Shown here piece after piece: positions 54,351 to 64,000 of a DNA stretch of 64,000 bases. The number at the start of each line of letters is the position of its first letter. Position 1 is the stretch's first letter. The stretch comes from Candidatus Latescibacterota bacterium. GTDB lineage: Bacteria > Latescibacterota > UBA2968 > UBA8231. Position numbers and translations under genes: made by a program. The stretch spans positions 50,322-114,321 of the forward strand of contig JAJDVZ010000157.1 in assembly GCA_022825835.1 (NCBI GenBank), written 5' to 3'. The notes under the pieces are model-generated. The model was not told where the DNA came from. It worked only from the letters and a program-made list of their open reading frames with translations, and made no database searches.

Positions 54351-54372
54351 CGGATGCTCCTTTCGCTCAATT

Positions 54373-56424
54373 CTACGAGCCTGCGCGTTGATGTTCACGC
54401 GGTTGCTTTCCGTAGCGCTCCCGCAAAACCCGCCGCATCACCTTGTTCGACGCAGTCCGCGGCAGCGATTCCACTACTACTACTTCGTGAATCTTGAAGA
54501 GGGGATTGAGTTCCCGGCGGATCGTCTGCTGCATCGCGTCCCTTCGACTTCGCTCAGGACAGGCTTGCAAGTGGTCGCCAGCTTCCTCCAGCACCGCGAA
54601 GATCACCAGCAGGCTCGGTCCGCCCCCCGGTGGCGGCACTGCAATCGCCGCGGTCTCGGCCACGCCCGGCATTGTATTCAAGGCTCGCTCGATCTCCGCG
54701 GAACTCACCATAATTCCGCCTAGGTTCATCACGTCGTCGGCTCGACCGTGGACCCGGTAGATACCCGGGGCTAGTCGCTCGACTTGGTCGCCGTGGCGGC
54801 GCAGTGGCACCCCACCTCGTTTGGGCACGCCCGCATAGTACACTTCGCGGTGGTCGCGGTTGAGCACCCGAGTTGACATGCCAATGGCGGGCGGCACCAG
54901 AAAGACCTCGCCGCTTGCGCACTCCTGCCCGTCTTCGTCCAAAATCGCCAAATCCGTTCCCAGCGCTGCCGAATTAAAGGTCGCGGGTGCGACCGGCTCG
55001 ACTAGCGTGCTGAGCAAATAGCCACCCGCTAACTCGGTGCCGCCGCAGTATTCGAGTATGGGCCGATACCCGGCCAGCGCCATCAGATAGTGCATATCCT
55101 CGGGATTGGAGCACTCGCCGGTGGTACTGAAAGCTCGAATCGCCGAGAAGTCGATTCCCTCCATACAGCCCGTGCTACGCCAAGTCCGCACCATGCTCGG
55201 AATGACGCCGAGCATGGTAATACCAGCCGCTTGCACAAACTCCCCAAAGTCTCGCTCCGTCGCCTTGCCATAGTAGAGCGCCATGGTCGCCCGGTTCAAA
55301 AAGGCGGCGTAGATCAGCCACGGCCCCATCATCCAGCCTAGATTGGTCGGCCAAGCGACCACATCGCCGGGGTGGACATCTTGGTGATAATGCGAGTCTG
55401 CGCCGCACTTGATCGGGTTGACATGAGTCCAAGGCAGGGCCTTGGGGTCGCCGGTGGTTCCCGATGAAAACAGGACATTGGTCGTCTGGTCGGGATGGCA
55501 AGCCACGGCCGCTGACATAGCGTCGGCCTGCAAGAAGTCGTCCCAGTGCAGATCTTCGGGGCGCAGCGCCTCCGTCAACCCTTCCACGCGCCCCGGCAAT
55601 ACAATCGCCAATGGGGCCTCTGCGGCGACCAAGCGCGGGTACAGCGGCAACTCGCGCCCACCGCGCAAAATTACGTCTTGGGTAAAAACGGCCTTGGCCT
55701 CCCCGATCCGTAGCCGGGCGGCGATCTGGGGGGCAGCGAAACTATCGGCAATGGCCACCACCGCGCAACCGGCCTTGACGATCCCCAGATAGATCGCCAC
55801 CGATTCAGCCGTCATCGGCATGGCCACGGCAATCCGGTCGCCGGAACCAAATCCCAACGCGCACAACCCGCCGGCGACCTGGTCGCACAGGGCTTCTAGG
55901 GTGCCGAAACTCATCCGCTCAAGCTGGCCACCCTCGCGCTGGAAGACAATGGCCGTCTGATCGGCAGGGGCCTGAAAGCAACTCTCGGCGATATTCATCT
56001 CGGCCCCGACAAGCCACTTGGGTGCTTCGACGCCTTGGGACAGGTCGAGCAACTGCTTGTATGGCTTGCGAAAGCGGATTTTCAAGCGGGCGACCGTCCG
56101 CTCCCAAAACGCCTCCCGTTCTGCAACCGACCACGCAAAGAGGTCGGCGTGCGAATCCAGCCCAAGCTCGCGTCGCAGCGCCGTCATATGCGCGTGTTCA
56201 ATATCTGCTGGTTCGGGAAAAAACACCGGACCCCCCGCGCTGCCGTAGATTGCCCGATAGAGCAACTGATGCAGCGCGAAGGGATGATCCGGCCTCAGAA
56301 TGGAGCGGGCCGCCTCCCGCCAGCGCACTTCCGGCGTGCCGGAGAGGGCTTCGATTTGGGCGAGGAGCTTGGCGGCCTCTGGCTCGCCTACCCCGCAGCC
56401 GATGATGTCTGCGCGTTGAATCAT
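54373..56424 (-). CDS. AMP-forming acyl/acetyl-CoA synthetase family protein
   Basis: [11 protein letters not shown] (AMP-binding motif) and a ~683-aa length. The ATG overlaps the upstream stop as ATGA. Confidence 0.8.
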   Translation of the reverse strand: MIQRADIIGCGVGEPEAAKLLAQIEALSGTPEVRWREAARSILRPDHPFALHQLLYRAIYGSAGGPVFFPEPADIEHAHMTALRRELGLDSHADLFAWSVAEREAFWERTVARLKIRFRKPYKQLLDLSQGVEAPKWLVGAEMNIAESCFQAPADQTAIVFQREGGQLERMSFGTLEALCDQVAGGLCALGFGSGDRIAVAMPMTAESVAIYLGIVKAGCAVVAIADSFAAPQIAARLRIGEAKAVFTQDVILRGGRELPLYPRLVAAEAPLAIVLPGRVEGLTEALRPEDLHWDDFLQADAMSAAVACHPDQTTNVLFSSGTTGDPKALPWTHVNPIKCGADSHYHQDVHPGDVVAWPTNLGWMMGPWLIYAAFLNRATMALYYGKATERDFGEFVQAAGITMLGVIPSMVRTWRSTGCMEGIDFSAIRAFSTTGECSNPEDMHYLMALAGYRPILEYCGGTELAGGYLLSTLVEPVAPATFNSAALGTDLAILDEDGQECASGEVFLVPPAIGMSTRVLNRDHREVYYAGVPKRGGVPLRRHGDQVERLAPGIYRVHGRADDVMNLGGIMVSSAEIERALNTMPGVAETAAIAVPPPGGGPSLLVIFAVLEEAGDHLQACPERSRRDAMQQTIRRELNPLFKIHEVVVVESLPRTASNKVMRRVLRERYGKQPREHQRAGS

Positions 56425-58793
56425 GGTGCCACGGCCACCAGCACGCTCTGGCTCAATTCCGTCGGCGGGAGGCAACGGACCTCGTCACAGGCTTGATACT
56501 GGACCAAGAAGCGCAAATGGCCCGCCGTCCCAGCCGCTGCTGGAGGCAGCGACAAATCCGCCCACAGTGCGACCTGATCCTCGTACACCGAGAGCGTCTC
56601 CGCTAGGGCCGGAAAGGCCTGCGAGCGGCCTGTGGGATAGCGCACGCGAGCAAAGTCCAGCGGCCAGTCCGCATTGAGCGTCAGCGAGGTGGGAATGAGC
56701 AAGTCGCCCGAGGGCGGGTTGGCGTTGATGTGCCAGCCCGGGCGAATGTCTAGATGCACGGCCACGGCAAAAGCCTCGCCCGCCACGGGCGGCTGAGCGG
56801 GCAGTTCGACCCGCATGGAGACCAGCGAATCCGCTGGCGCGTCCGCTAATGCGGCCGCGGATAGCGACGCTTGCAGATGGCGCTCGACTGCGGCGGTCAA
56901 ATGCACCGAGGCCGTAGGTTGTGCCCACATGGCCCCGCCGAAAGCGGAGAGGATCTGTGCCGCCCGGCTGCGATAGGCTTCGGCGAGCGTTTCGGCTGAG
57001 CTCAACGTCGAAGCCTCAGCCGAGCCGTGCGCTTGGTCCGTCAACTCGGCCAAGTCTAGCAGCGCGTGGGCAGCCACTGCATTGCCCGAAGGCAGGGCCG
57101 AGTCTTGGGCGAATTTGCTGCGCACGATGAGCGCGTTGCTAGCTTCCGTAAAGAAAAATCCCCCGACCTCTGCGTCCCAAAACCGCGCCACCATCTCGGC
57201 GCTTAGCTCGCGCGCGACCTGCAACCAGCGCGTCTCGCCGGTGGCCCGGTACAATGCCGTCAGTCCGCGTGCCAAAAACGCATAGTCGTCTAGGTACGCT
57301 TCTTGCCGCGAAATCCCCAGCCGATGGACCCGCCACAAGCCCCCGTCCTCGCGCCGCAGGTGCTGCAGAGCGAAATCGGCGGCGCACTCGGCTGCCCGGC
57401 GATATGCGGGATCGCCCAAGACCGCAAAACCCCGTGCGTACGCCTCGATCATCATCCCGTTCCAAGCGGCTAGCACCTTGTCGTCTAGGAGGGGATAGAG
57501 CCGCTCGGTTCGCGCCGCAAGCAAGCGCTGCCGCAAGGGTTCCATCCGATCCCGTAGCTCAGCTTCGGCAGACGGCGTTTTCACATAGAGGACGCCCCCC
57601 CCGCCCTCGGGCACGGAGGCCGACCCATAGACGCTCCAGAACAATTCTATCTCGTGCCCCAACACGTTCTCCAGATCTCTCGCAGTCCACAGGTAGTACT
57701 TGCCTTCTTCGGCCTCGGTTTCGGCGTCCAAGGCCGAGTAAAAAGCCCCCTCCGGCCCGGTCATCTCCCGCGCGACAAAGCGAAAAATATCCTCTGCCAC
57801 CCACCGCCAGCGGTCGTCTCTGGTCAGTTCGTAAGCGCGCAGATACAGCCGCGCCAAATGCGCTTGGTTGTAGAGCATTTTCTCGAAATGCGGCACGCGC
57901 CACTCGGCGTCCGTGGCGTAGCGGTGAAAGCCGCCGCCGATTTGGTCGTAGATGCCGCCGGCCGCCATCCGCTCCAGCGAGTGCAAAACGATGCGCTGTA
58001 CTTGGGGATCGGCAAAGCGCTCGGGCGTGGCCATCAGCATCTCCAAGCGCAGGCTCGGAGGAAATTTGGGCGCACCGCCGAAGCCGCCGTTAATGGCGTC
58101 GTAGCGGACCTGAATAGCCGCTAGCACCCGCGCTACTAGCAGAGAATCTGGGGGCACGGCTGCCATCTGTTGCCCGGATTCTAGGTCGCGGATGGCCGTG
58201 GTCAAGCGGGCCGCGATTTGGAGCACCTGTTCGCGCTTATCTTGCCAGCGCTGGCGGATAAAATCTAGGACTTGGGGAAAGGAAGGCCGCCCGGGCAAGG
58301 ACTCGGGCGGAAAGTACGTGCCAGCGAAAAACGGCTCTTGGTCTGGCGTCAAAAACACCGAGTTAGGCCAACCCCCGTGCCGGGTAGTTAGCTGGGTCGC
58401 CAGCATGTAAATGCGGTCAATGTCGGGCCGTTCCTCGCGATCGACTTTGATGTTGATAAAGCTATCATTCATCTGCTCGGATATCTCGGGATCGGAGAAG
58501 ACCAGCCGCTCCATTACGTGGCACCAATAGCAGGTCGAGTAGCCGACTGACAAAAAGATCGGCTTATCTTCGGCCTTGGCTCGCGCTAGTGCTTCCTCTC
58601 CCCAGGGGTACCACTCGACCGGATTGTGGGCGTGCAGCAATAAATACGGACTGGTCTCCCCCACCAGATGATTGCTGTACTTCCACGAGCCATCCGCGTT
58701 TTTGAGCGCATCCCCTCCGGCAGTTCCTGCGCCAAAGGCTGCGGCAAAGAAGCCACGCCAAAAGCACCGGGATATGGACGAAAGATGCGCCAA
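56421..58793 (-). CDS. thioredoxin-domain (DUF255/YyaL-type) protein with six-hairpin-glycosidase-like middle and an extra C-terminal domain
   Basis: [17 protein letters not shown] thioredoxin-like motif, 790 aa, TTG start. Confidence 0.75.
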   Translation of the reverse strand: MAHLSSISRCFWRGFFAAAFGAGTAGGDALKNADGSWKYSNHLVGETSPYLLLHAHNPVEWYPWGEEALARAKAEDKPIFLSVGYSTCYWCHVMERLVFSDPEISEQMNDSFINIKVDREERPDIDRIYMLATQLTTRHGGWPNSVFLTPDQEPFFAGTYFPPESLPGRPSFPQVLDFIRQRWQDKREQVLQIAARLTTAIRDLESGQQMAAVPPDSLLVARVLAAIQVRYDAINGGFGGAPKFPPSLRLEMLMATPERFADPQVQRIVLHSLERMAAGGIYDQIGGGFHRYATDAEWRVPHFEKMLYNQAHLARLYLRAYELTRDDRWRWVAEDIFRFVAREMTGPEGAFYSALDAETEAEEGKYYLWTARDLENVLGHEIELFWSVYGSASVPEGGGGVLYVKTPSAEAELRDRMEPLRQRLLAARTERLYPLLDDKVLAAWNGMMIEAYARGFAVLGDPAYRRAAECAADFALQHLRREDGGLWRVHRLGISRQEAYLDDYAFLARGLTALYRATGETRWLQVARELSAEMVARFWDAEVGGFFFTEASNALIVRSKFAQDSALPSGNAVAAHALLDLAELTDQAHGSAEASTLSSAETLAEAYRSRAAQILSAFGGAMWAQPTASVHLTAAVERHLQASLSAAALADAPADSLVSMRVELPAQPPVAGEAFAVAVHLDIRPGWHINANPPSGDLLIPTSLTLNADWPLDFARVRYPTGRSQAFPALAETLSVYEDQVALWADLSLPPAAAGTAGHLRFLVQYQACDEVRCLPPTELSQSVLVAVAP

Positions 58794-58802
58794 GTAAGCC
58801 CC

Positions 58803-59840
58803 CTACCCGATCATTTCCCGGGTCGCCTCCACCACGTACTTGACGTCCGCTAACTCCACGTGCCGATTCGCCACCAGCCGCGCCCCGTGCGGCGGACGCG
58901 GATTGCACAGCACCCCCCGCGCCTTCCACTTGGCCACTAGATCGGCAGCCGACCAGCCCAAGGCCGCAAAATCCACCTTGAGGATATTAGTCGGTCGCGG
59001 CGGAAAAATCACCTCGACGCCCTCGATTGCTCCCAGCCCCTCGGCCAGTTCCTGCGCTACCGCGTGATCCTCGGCCAGCCGATCTACCATCTGCTCCAAG
59101 GCTACGACCCCGGCTGCGGCCACTATTCCAGCTTGGCGCATGGCACCGCCGAGCCGCTTGCGCATCCGATAGGCCCGCTCGACAAAGTCCCTGCTCCCGC
59201 ACAGCAGTGAGCCGACCGGCGCGCTCAGCCCCTTGGAGATGCAGAACATCACCGAGTCAACGTGCTGAGTGTATTCTGGAACCGTCGTCCCGGTGGCGAT
59301 GGCGGCGTTAAAAATGCGCGCTCCATCTACGTGTAGTTTTAGCCCGTGTTCGCGGCAGGCGGCGCTCACCGCGGCCACCTCGGTGACGGACCAAGCGTGG
59401 CCGGCGTGGTTGTTGTGGGTGTTCTCGATGCAGACGACCTTGAGCGGGGCAAAGTGCGGGTTGTCGGCGCGGACCGTCTCGCGGACCTGATCGGCGGTGA
59501 GGACGCCGTGCTCGCCAGCCGCGATGCGTGCCGACAGCCCGGCGAGCGAGGCGTAGGTTCCGGCCTCCCAGTAATACATGTGCGCCTGCTCCTCAAAGAG
59601 CACCTCGTCTCCCCAGTTGGTGTGGGTCATCAAGGCGCAGGCGTTGCCCATCGTGCCCGAAGGCACGTAGAGCGCGGCTTCCATGCCCACTTTTTCGGCG
59701 GCCACTTCTTGTAGGCGATTGACCGATGGGTCTTCGCCGTACACATCGTCGCCCAACGGCGCGCCGGCCATGGCCTCTCGCATGGCCTCGGTCGGCAGGG
59801 TAATCGTGTCGCTGCGCAGGTCTATTGTTTTGTCGCTCAT
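58803..59840 (-). CDS. ltaE: low-specificity L-threonine aldolase (GntG/LtaE family, PLP)
   Basis: [12 protein letters not shown]...[10 protein letters not shown] and FCISKGL (PLP lysine). Confidence 0.85.
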   Translation of the reverse strand: MSDKTIDLRSDTITLPTEAMREAMAGAPLGDDVYGEDPSVNRLQEVAAEKVGMEAALYVPSGTMGNACALMTHTNWGDEVLFEEQAHMYYWEAGTYASLAGLSARIAAGEHGVLTADQVRETVRADNPHFAPLKVVCIENTHNNHAGHAWSVTEVAAVSAACREHGLKLHVDGARIFNAAIATGTTVPEYTQHVDSVMFCISKGLSAPVGSLLCGSRDFVERAYRMRKRLGGAMRQAGIVAAAGVVALEQMVDRLAEDHAVAQELAEGLGAIEGVEVIFPPRPTNILKVDFAALGWSAADLVAKWKARGVLCNPRPPHGARLVANRHVELADVKYVVEATREMIG

Positions 59841-59927
59841 CTAGGTAGGCTCCTTGATTGACGCTGTAATTTGCTCGCCCTATTTTAGGCGGTCGCAAAA
59901 TCTACAAATCACAAGGAGTTGCGTCCA

Positions 59928-61562
59928 ATGGCCTTTTCTTCTAAGGGCATCACCCACCGCAGCACTGCCACGGGCCGTCGCGGCATGATCGCCTCGGCGC
60001 ATCCGCTCGCTTCTCTCGCTGGTATGCGCATCCTGATCGAGGGCGGCAATGCCATTGACGCGGCCATTGCCACGGCCGCGGCGCTCAACGTGGTCGAGCC
60101 GTACATGTCGGGCATTGGCGGCGTCGGCTATCTGCACATCTACAGCGCTCGCGAAAAAGAACACAAGATCGTCGATTACGTCGGCCTTACCCCGCGTGCG
60201 GCTACGCTGAGCCTGTACGACAATGACGACAAACAGGGGTTTGGTCCTCTCACGCCGTTGGTGCCGGGTGCTTGCGGCGGCTGGTTGGCCGCGCTAGGGC
60301 GCTACGGCTCAATGGACGCTGCCCGCGTTTTCGCTCCGGCCATTGAGTACGCCGAGCAGGGCTATGCTCTCACGGTCAAGAACGCCTTTTTCTACGCGGG
60401 CGCGGCCCCAAGCCTGCGCCGCTTCAAGACCGGTGCCGACACCTATCTGCTCGACGGCGCGGCTCCCGAGCCTGGCGAAGTGGTGGTGCAAAAGGCCCTT
60501 GCCGAGACCTTCCGCCAAGTTGCGGCCGAGGGCGCGGACGTCTTCTACCAAGGCGCGATTGCCGACCGCATCGTCCGCTATATGGAGGAAACCGGCGGCC
60601 TGATTACAAAAGAAGACCTCGCCGACTTTGCCCCGACATTCATTGACCCAGTCTCCATCAACTATCGCGGCTATGAGGTCTTTGCGCCGCCGCCGCCCTG
60701 CCAAGCCGTTCAGTACTTGGAGACGCTGGCCATCATGGAGGGCTTTGACGTGGCTGGCCTCGGCCACAACACGACCGAGACCTTGCACCGCTTTATCGAG
60801 ACAACCAAGCTGGCCATGGCCGACCGCATTGCCTATGCGGCCATCGACGATCCACCGACAGCGGGTCTGCTCTCGAAGGAATACGCAGCCGAGCGGCGCG
60901 CGCTCATCGGCGACAAAGCCCAGTTTACCGCGGGCGATCACCTCGTGCCCGGCGGCCCGGCTGGAGAGGTCACAGCGGGTGACCCGCGCATGTGGATGAA
61001 CGAATGCACGACCCACTTCGACACCATCGATGCCGATGGCAACGCCGTCGCCTGCACCCAGAGCTTGGGCGGTGCTTTTGGTTCGTCCATGGTGGTGCCG
61101 GAGACTGGCATTGCGCTCAACAACTTCATGCGCTGGTTCGACCGCGAGCCTACTAGCCCCAATGTCATTGGCCCGGCCAAGAAAAACGAGATGTGCGTGT
61201 CGCCGGCCCAGATTTGGGACGCCGACGGCCTGCGCCTGCTCATCGGCACCCCAGGGAGCTATGGCATTCTCCAGACTACTCCGCAGATGATTATGAATAT
61301 CCTCGATCACCAGATGAACGTCCAAGCCGCCATTGAGGCTCCCCGCGTCAAGACCGGAAGCCCCGGCTTCGTCGTCGATGCTGAAAACCGCATTGACCGC
61401 GAGGTATTGGCCGAGTTGGAGCGCCGCGGCCATCAGTTCAATTTCCTCGGCGACTGGTCACCCGGAGTCGGCGGTGGCCAAGGCATCATGATCGATGCCG
61501 ACACGGGATCCTTTATGGGCGGGGCCGACCCGCGCCGCGACGGCTATGCCCTCGGTTGGTAA
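59928..61562 (+). CDS. ggt: gamma-glutamyltransferase family protein
   Basis: GGNAIDAAIA and an autoprocessing Thr context (NECTTHF). ATG 59928 follows AAGGAG. Confidence 0.85.
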   Translation: MAFSSKGITHRSTATGRRGMIASAHPLASLAGMRILIEGGNAIDAAIATAAALNVVEPYMSGIGGVGYLHIYSAREKEHKIVDYVGLTPRAATLSLYDNDDKQGFGPLTPLVPGACGGWLAALGRYGSMDAARVFAPAIEYAEQGYALTVKNAFFYAGAAPSLRRFKTGADTYLLDGAAPEPGEVVVQKALAETFRQVAAEGADVFYQGAIADRIVRYMEETGGLITKEDLADFAPTFIDPVSINYRGYEVFAPPPPCQAVQYLETLAIMEGFDVAGLGHNTTETLHRFIETTKLAMADRIAYAAIDDPPTAGLLSKEYAAERRALIGDKAQFTAGDHLVPGGPAGEVTAGDPRMWMNECTTHFDTIDADGNAVACTQSLGGAFGSSMVVPETGIALNNFMRWFDREPTSPNVIGPAKKNEMCVSPAQIWDADGLRLLIGTPGSYGILQTTPQMIMNILDHQMNVQAAIEAPRVKTGSPGFVVDAENRIDREVLAELERRGHQFNFLGDWSPGVGGGQGIMIDADTGSFMGGADPRRDGYALGW

Positions 61563-62681
61563 GTGGTGAGCACCGACCACACCCCCCACGTCGAATTCTC
61601 CGGCGTTAGCAAAAGCTACGACGGCCGCAATTGGGTCGTGCGCGACCTCGACCTTGCGGTACACAAGGGCGAATTCCTCACCATGCTCGGGCCGTCTGGC
61701 TCCGGCAAGACGACCTGCTTGATGATGCTCGCTGGGTTTGAGACGCCCGCTGCCGGGACCATCCACATCAATGGCGTGCCGGTCGGCGATGTGCCCCCCC
61801 ACAAGCGCGACATCGGCGTCGTGTTTCAAAATTACGCGCTCTTTCCACACATGACGGTCGGCCGCAACTTGGCGTTTCCACTCGAAGTGCGGGGCATGGA
61901 CCCCAGCGAGCAGCGAGAGCGAGTAGCTCGCACCCTGCGTCTCGTGCGCCTCGAAGGTTTGGCGGATCGCCGCCCAGGGCAGCTATCCGGTGGCCAGCAA
62001 CAGCGCGTGGCGATTGCCCGCGCTTTGGTCTTCGACCCGGAGCTCGTGTTGATGGACGAGCCGCTCGGTGCGCTCGACCGCCGCCTGCGCGAGGAGATGC
62101 AATACGAAATCCGCCGCATTCAGCGCACCTTGGGCATAACGGTCGTCTATGTCACGCACGATCAGCAGGAGGCCATGGTCATGTCGGATCGGGTCGCTGT
62201 CTTTCGCGGCGGCGCGATCGAGCAGGTCGCTTCCCCAGAGGTGCTCTACGAAGAGCCGGAGCGCGCTTTCGTAGCCCATTTCATCGGCGAGAACAACCGC
62301 CTAAACGGCGTGGTGCGCACGGTCGGCGACGGCGTGTGCGAAGTGGAGGTCGGCGATGCGCTCATCAAGGCCGTGAGCTTGGGGCAATGCCCGCCGGGGG
62401 CTGCCGCGACGGTCGTCGTTCGCCCGGAGCGAGTGAAGCTATCGCCGAGTAAGAGGGAACACTCGTACGCCAACGAGTTTGACGCCGATGTCGAGGATAT
62501 AGCATTTCTCGGCGATCACATACGTCTGCGCTTAAAGCTGTGCGGGCACTCGGGCTTCATCGTCAAGATCCCCAACGTCGTGGGTCAGGGGGGGGTGTTG
62601 GAGGGAGATCGGATCCGCGTCGGCTGGACTGCGCTGGACTGCCGCGCACTGCAACCCGATGCCGCGGACGACGAGGACTAG
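61563..62681 (+). CDS. ABC transporter ATP-binding protein (spermidine/putrescine PotA-like)
   Basis: GPSGSGKTT, LSGGQQQRVAIARAL and a C-terminal TOBE-like region. Confidence 0.88.
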   Translation: MVSTDHTPHVEFSGVSKSYDGRNWVVRDLDLAVHKGEFLTMLGPSGSGKTTCLMMLAGFETPAAGTIHINGVPVGDVPPHKRDIGVVFQNYALFPHMTVGRNLAFPLEVRGMDPSEQRERVARTLRLVRLEGLADRRPGQLSGGQQQRVAIARALVFDPELVLMDEPLGALDRRLREEMQYEIRRIQRTLGITVVYVTHDQQEAMVMSDRVAVFRGGAIEQVASPEVLYEEPERAFVAHFIGENNRLNGVVRTVGDGVCEVEVGDALIKAVSLGQCPPGAAATVVVRPERVKLSPSKREHSYANEFDADVEDIAFLGDHIRLRLKLCGHSGFIVKIPNVVGQGGVLEGDRIRVGWTALDCRALQPDAADDED

Positions 62682-62809
62682 AATCGTGGTTTACAAACCG
62701 ATGTTACGCACGGGCTCCTTAGAAATGAGATACTTCGTTTCGCTCAGTATGACAGGTGCTAGCCTTTGGCTTGAGGGAAGTGAAGCGGAGTTAGCCCACA
62801 GGCCGGACG

Positions 62810-64000
62810 ATGCGTAACGCCCAGACGGGTTTAGACGCGTCCAAGCAGCAGGCGCAGCAGCGGCGGCGCGCGATCGGATTGGCCCTACCGCTGATCGCCT
62901 TTGTCCTAGCGAGCTTTGTCGCGCCGCTCGGGACCTTACTGGTGCGCAGCGCGTACGATCCTCTAGTCGCGGATGCGTTGCCGGAAACGCTCGCCCTATT
63001 GCGCGCATGGGACGGGACCCGCGCCTTGGAGGAGCCGGTGTACGCAACGGCTGCACGCGAGTTGCTACAGGCGCGGGAGGAGCGCACCCTCGGCCAAATT
63101 GCCACGCGCGTCAACCGCATCACAAGCGGCTTGCGCAGCGTTGTCACGCGCAGTGTGCGCAAGATGCGCAACGCCAGCGGCGACTCTTGGCGCGAGACCA
63201 TGATCGGCATCAATGCCGCTTGGGGTGAGCCGGAAGTGTGGCTGGCGATTCGCAGCGCTGGGGAGCGGTTCACGTTCCGCCACTATATCAATGCGCTCGA
63301 CTTCATGCGCCAACCCGATGGTAGCATCGCCCGACAGCCAGAGGAACGGCGCATCTATCTGCCGCTTTTGTGGCGCACGCTGGCCATTAGCTTGGGCATT
63401 TCCGCGCTGTGCTTGGCCATTGGCTACCCGATTGCCCATCTGATCGCCCACGCGCCGCCGCGCCGCGCCAATCTGCTGTTGTTGCTGGTATTGGTGCCGT
63501 TTTGGACCTCCCTGCTGGTGCGGACAACGGCTTGGATCGTGCTGCTCCAGACCCAAGGCGTAATCAACAGCTTGCTGGTGGCGGTCGGACTGGTCGCGGA
63601 CGATGGCCGCATCGCCATGATATACAACATGACCGGCACGTTTGTGGCGATGACCCACGTGCTGCTGCCCTTCATGGTGCTGCCGCTGTATTCGGTGATG
63701 CGCTCGATTCCGCCGTCGCATGTGCGGGCTGCGGCTTCTCTCGGCGCGACGCCCTTTCAGGCGTTCTGGCGCGTCTATTGGCCGCAGACTCTGCCCGGCG
63801 TTGGCGCTGGATCGCTGATGGTGTTCATCCTCGCTATTGGCTACTACATCACGCCAGCGCTGGTCGGCGGGAGCAAAGGCCAGCTTATCTCCAACATGAT
63901 CGCCTATCACATGCAGACCTCGCTCAACTGGGGACTCGCCGCCGCACTTGCCGCCATTCTGCTCGTGGGTATCATCGCGCTGTACGTGCTCTACGACCGC
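62810..64000 (+). CDS. ABC transporter permease (PotB-like with long periplasmic insert), 3' partial at the window edge
   Basis: Hand translation from ATG 62810 stays open to 64000: MRNAQTGLDAS...LLLVLVPFWTSLLVRTTAWIVLL...ASLGATPFQAFWRVYWPQTLPG (EAA-loop-like). It is absent from the track because it has no stop. The minus ORFs 62791..63273 and 63065..63910 are shadows. Confidence 0.8.
   Translation, partial: MRNAQTGLDASKQQAQQRRRAIGLALPLIAFVLASFVAPLGTLLVRSAYDPLVADALPETLALLRAWDGTRALEEPVYATAARELLQAREERTLGQIATRVNRITSGLRSVVTRSVRKMRNASGDSWRETMIGINAAWGEPEVWLAIRSAGERFTFRHYINALDFMRQPDGSIARQPEERRIYLPLLWRTLAISLGISALCLAIGYPIAHLIAHAPPRRANLLLLLVLVPFWTSLLVRTTAWIVLLQTQGVINSLLVAVGLVADDGRIAMIYNMTGTFVAMTHVLLPFMVLPLYSVMRSIPPSHVRAAASLGATPFQAFWRVYWPQTLPGVGAGSLMVFILAIGYYITPALVGGSKGQLISNMIAYHMQTSLNWGLAAALAAILLVGIIALYVLYDR

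Noticed and set aside
62682-62809. 128-bp A/T-richer spacer inside the pot-like ABC operon as a possible riboswitch or sRNA.
   Set aside because: I could see no convincing conserved stem-loop architecture or known riboswitch core, so the evidence is insufficient.
62791-63910. Minus-strand ORFs 62791..63273 and 63065..63910.
   Set aside because: They are antisense to an open + frame (62810 to the window end) that encodes a clear ABC permease.

Overview
High-GC bacterial chromosomal segment with one tRNA, no rRNA and no CRISPR array. About two thirds is ordinary, tightly packed housekeeping and metabolism. This includes a conserved minus-strand block purA-serA-engB-clpX-clpP-tig-tRNA-Leu(UAG)-glyQS-recO-ftsB-proB-hisF-hisH-proC (29.2-41.9 kb). 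It also includes prpCB, carA, aroC, a two-domain PPK2, ggt, ltaE, a pot-like ABC importer, sulfatases and FG-GAP/beta-propeller proteins. A FlgD-Ig/T9SS-like C-terminal sorting domain (52.9 kb) hints at an uncultured FCB-type or similar lineage, but the taxon cannot be fixed from this window. Three patches that look A/T-richer by eye interrupt the core. (i) 5.8-12.1 kb carries a type II-like R-M cassette (HTH-fused MTase plus a PD-ExK candidate REase) bracketed by a ~113-bp duplication of the 3' end of an FMN-reductase gene. (ii) 15.7-21.3 kb holds two cassettes stacked in front of a beta-propeller hydrolase gene and delimited by three diverged copies of that gene's 5' end. Cassette 1 is a decayed MmeI-family gene, a wHTH/nucleoside-deoxyribosyltransferase-like protein and an ABC/AAA_15-type ATPase. 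Cassette 2 is a 154-aa unknown plus a HEPN-like (RNWYAH) gene with a single in-frame TAA. (iii) 24.7-26.6 kb is an orphan ATGA-coupled pair (170-aa PD-(D/E)xK-like protein plus 376-aa unknown). I recognise no integrase or transposase anywhere in the window. Also present are an MNT/HepT-like TA pair (2.2-3.0 kb) and a histone-H1-like K/A-repeat-SWIB fusion (42.2 kb). The best candidates for an undescribed system are the 24.9-26.5 kb pair and the ATPase + NDT-like pair at 15.7-17.7 kb. All family calls come from motif recognition by eye; no database search was possible.
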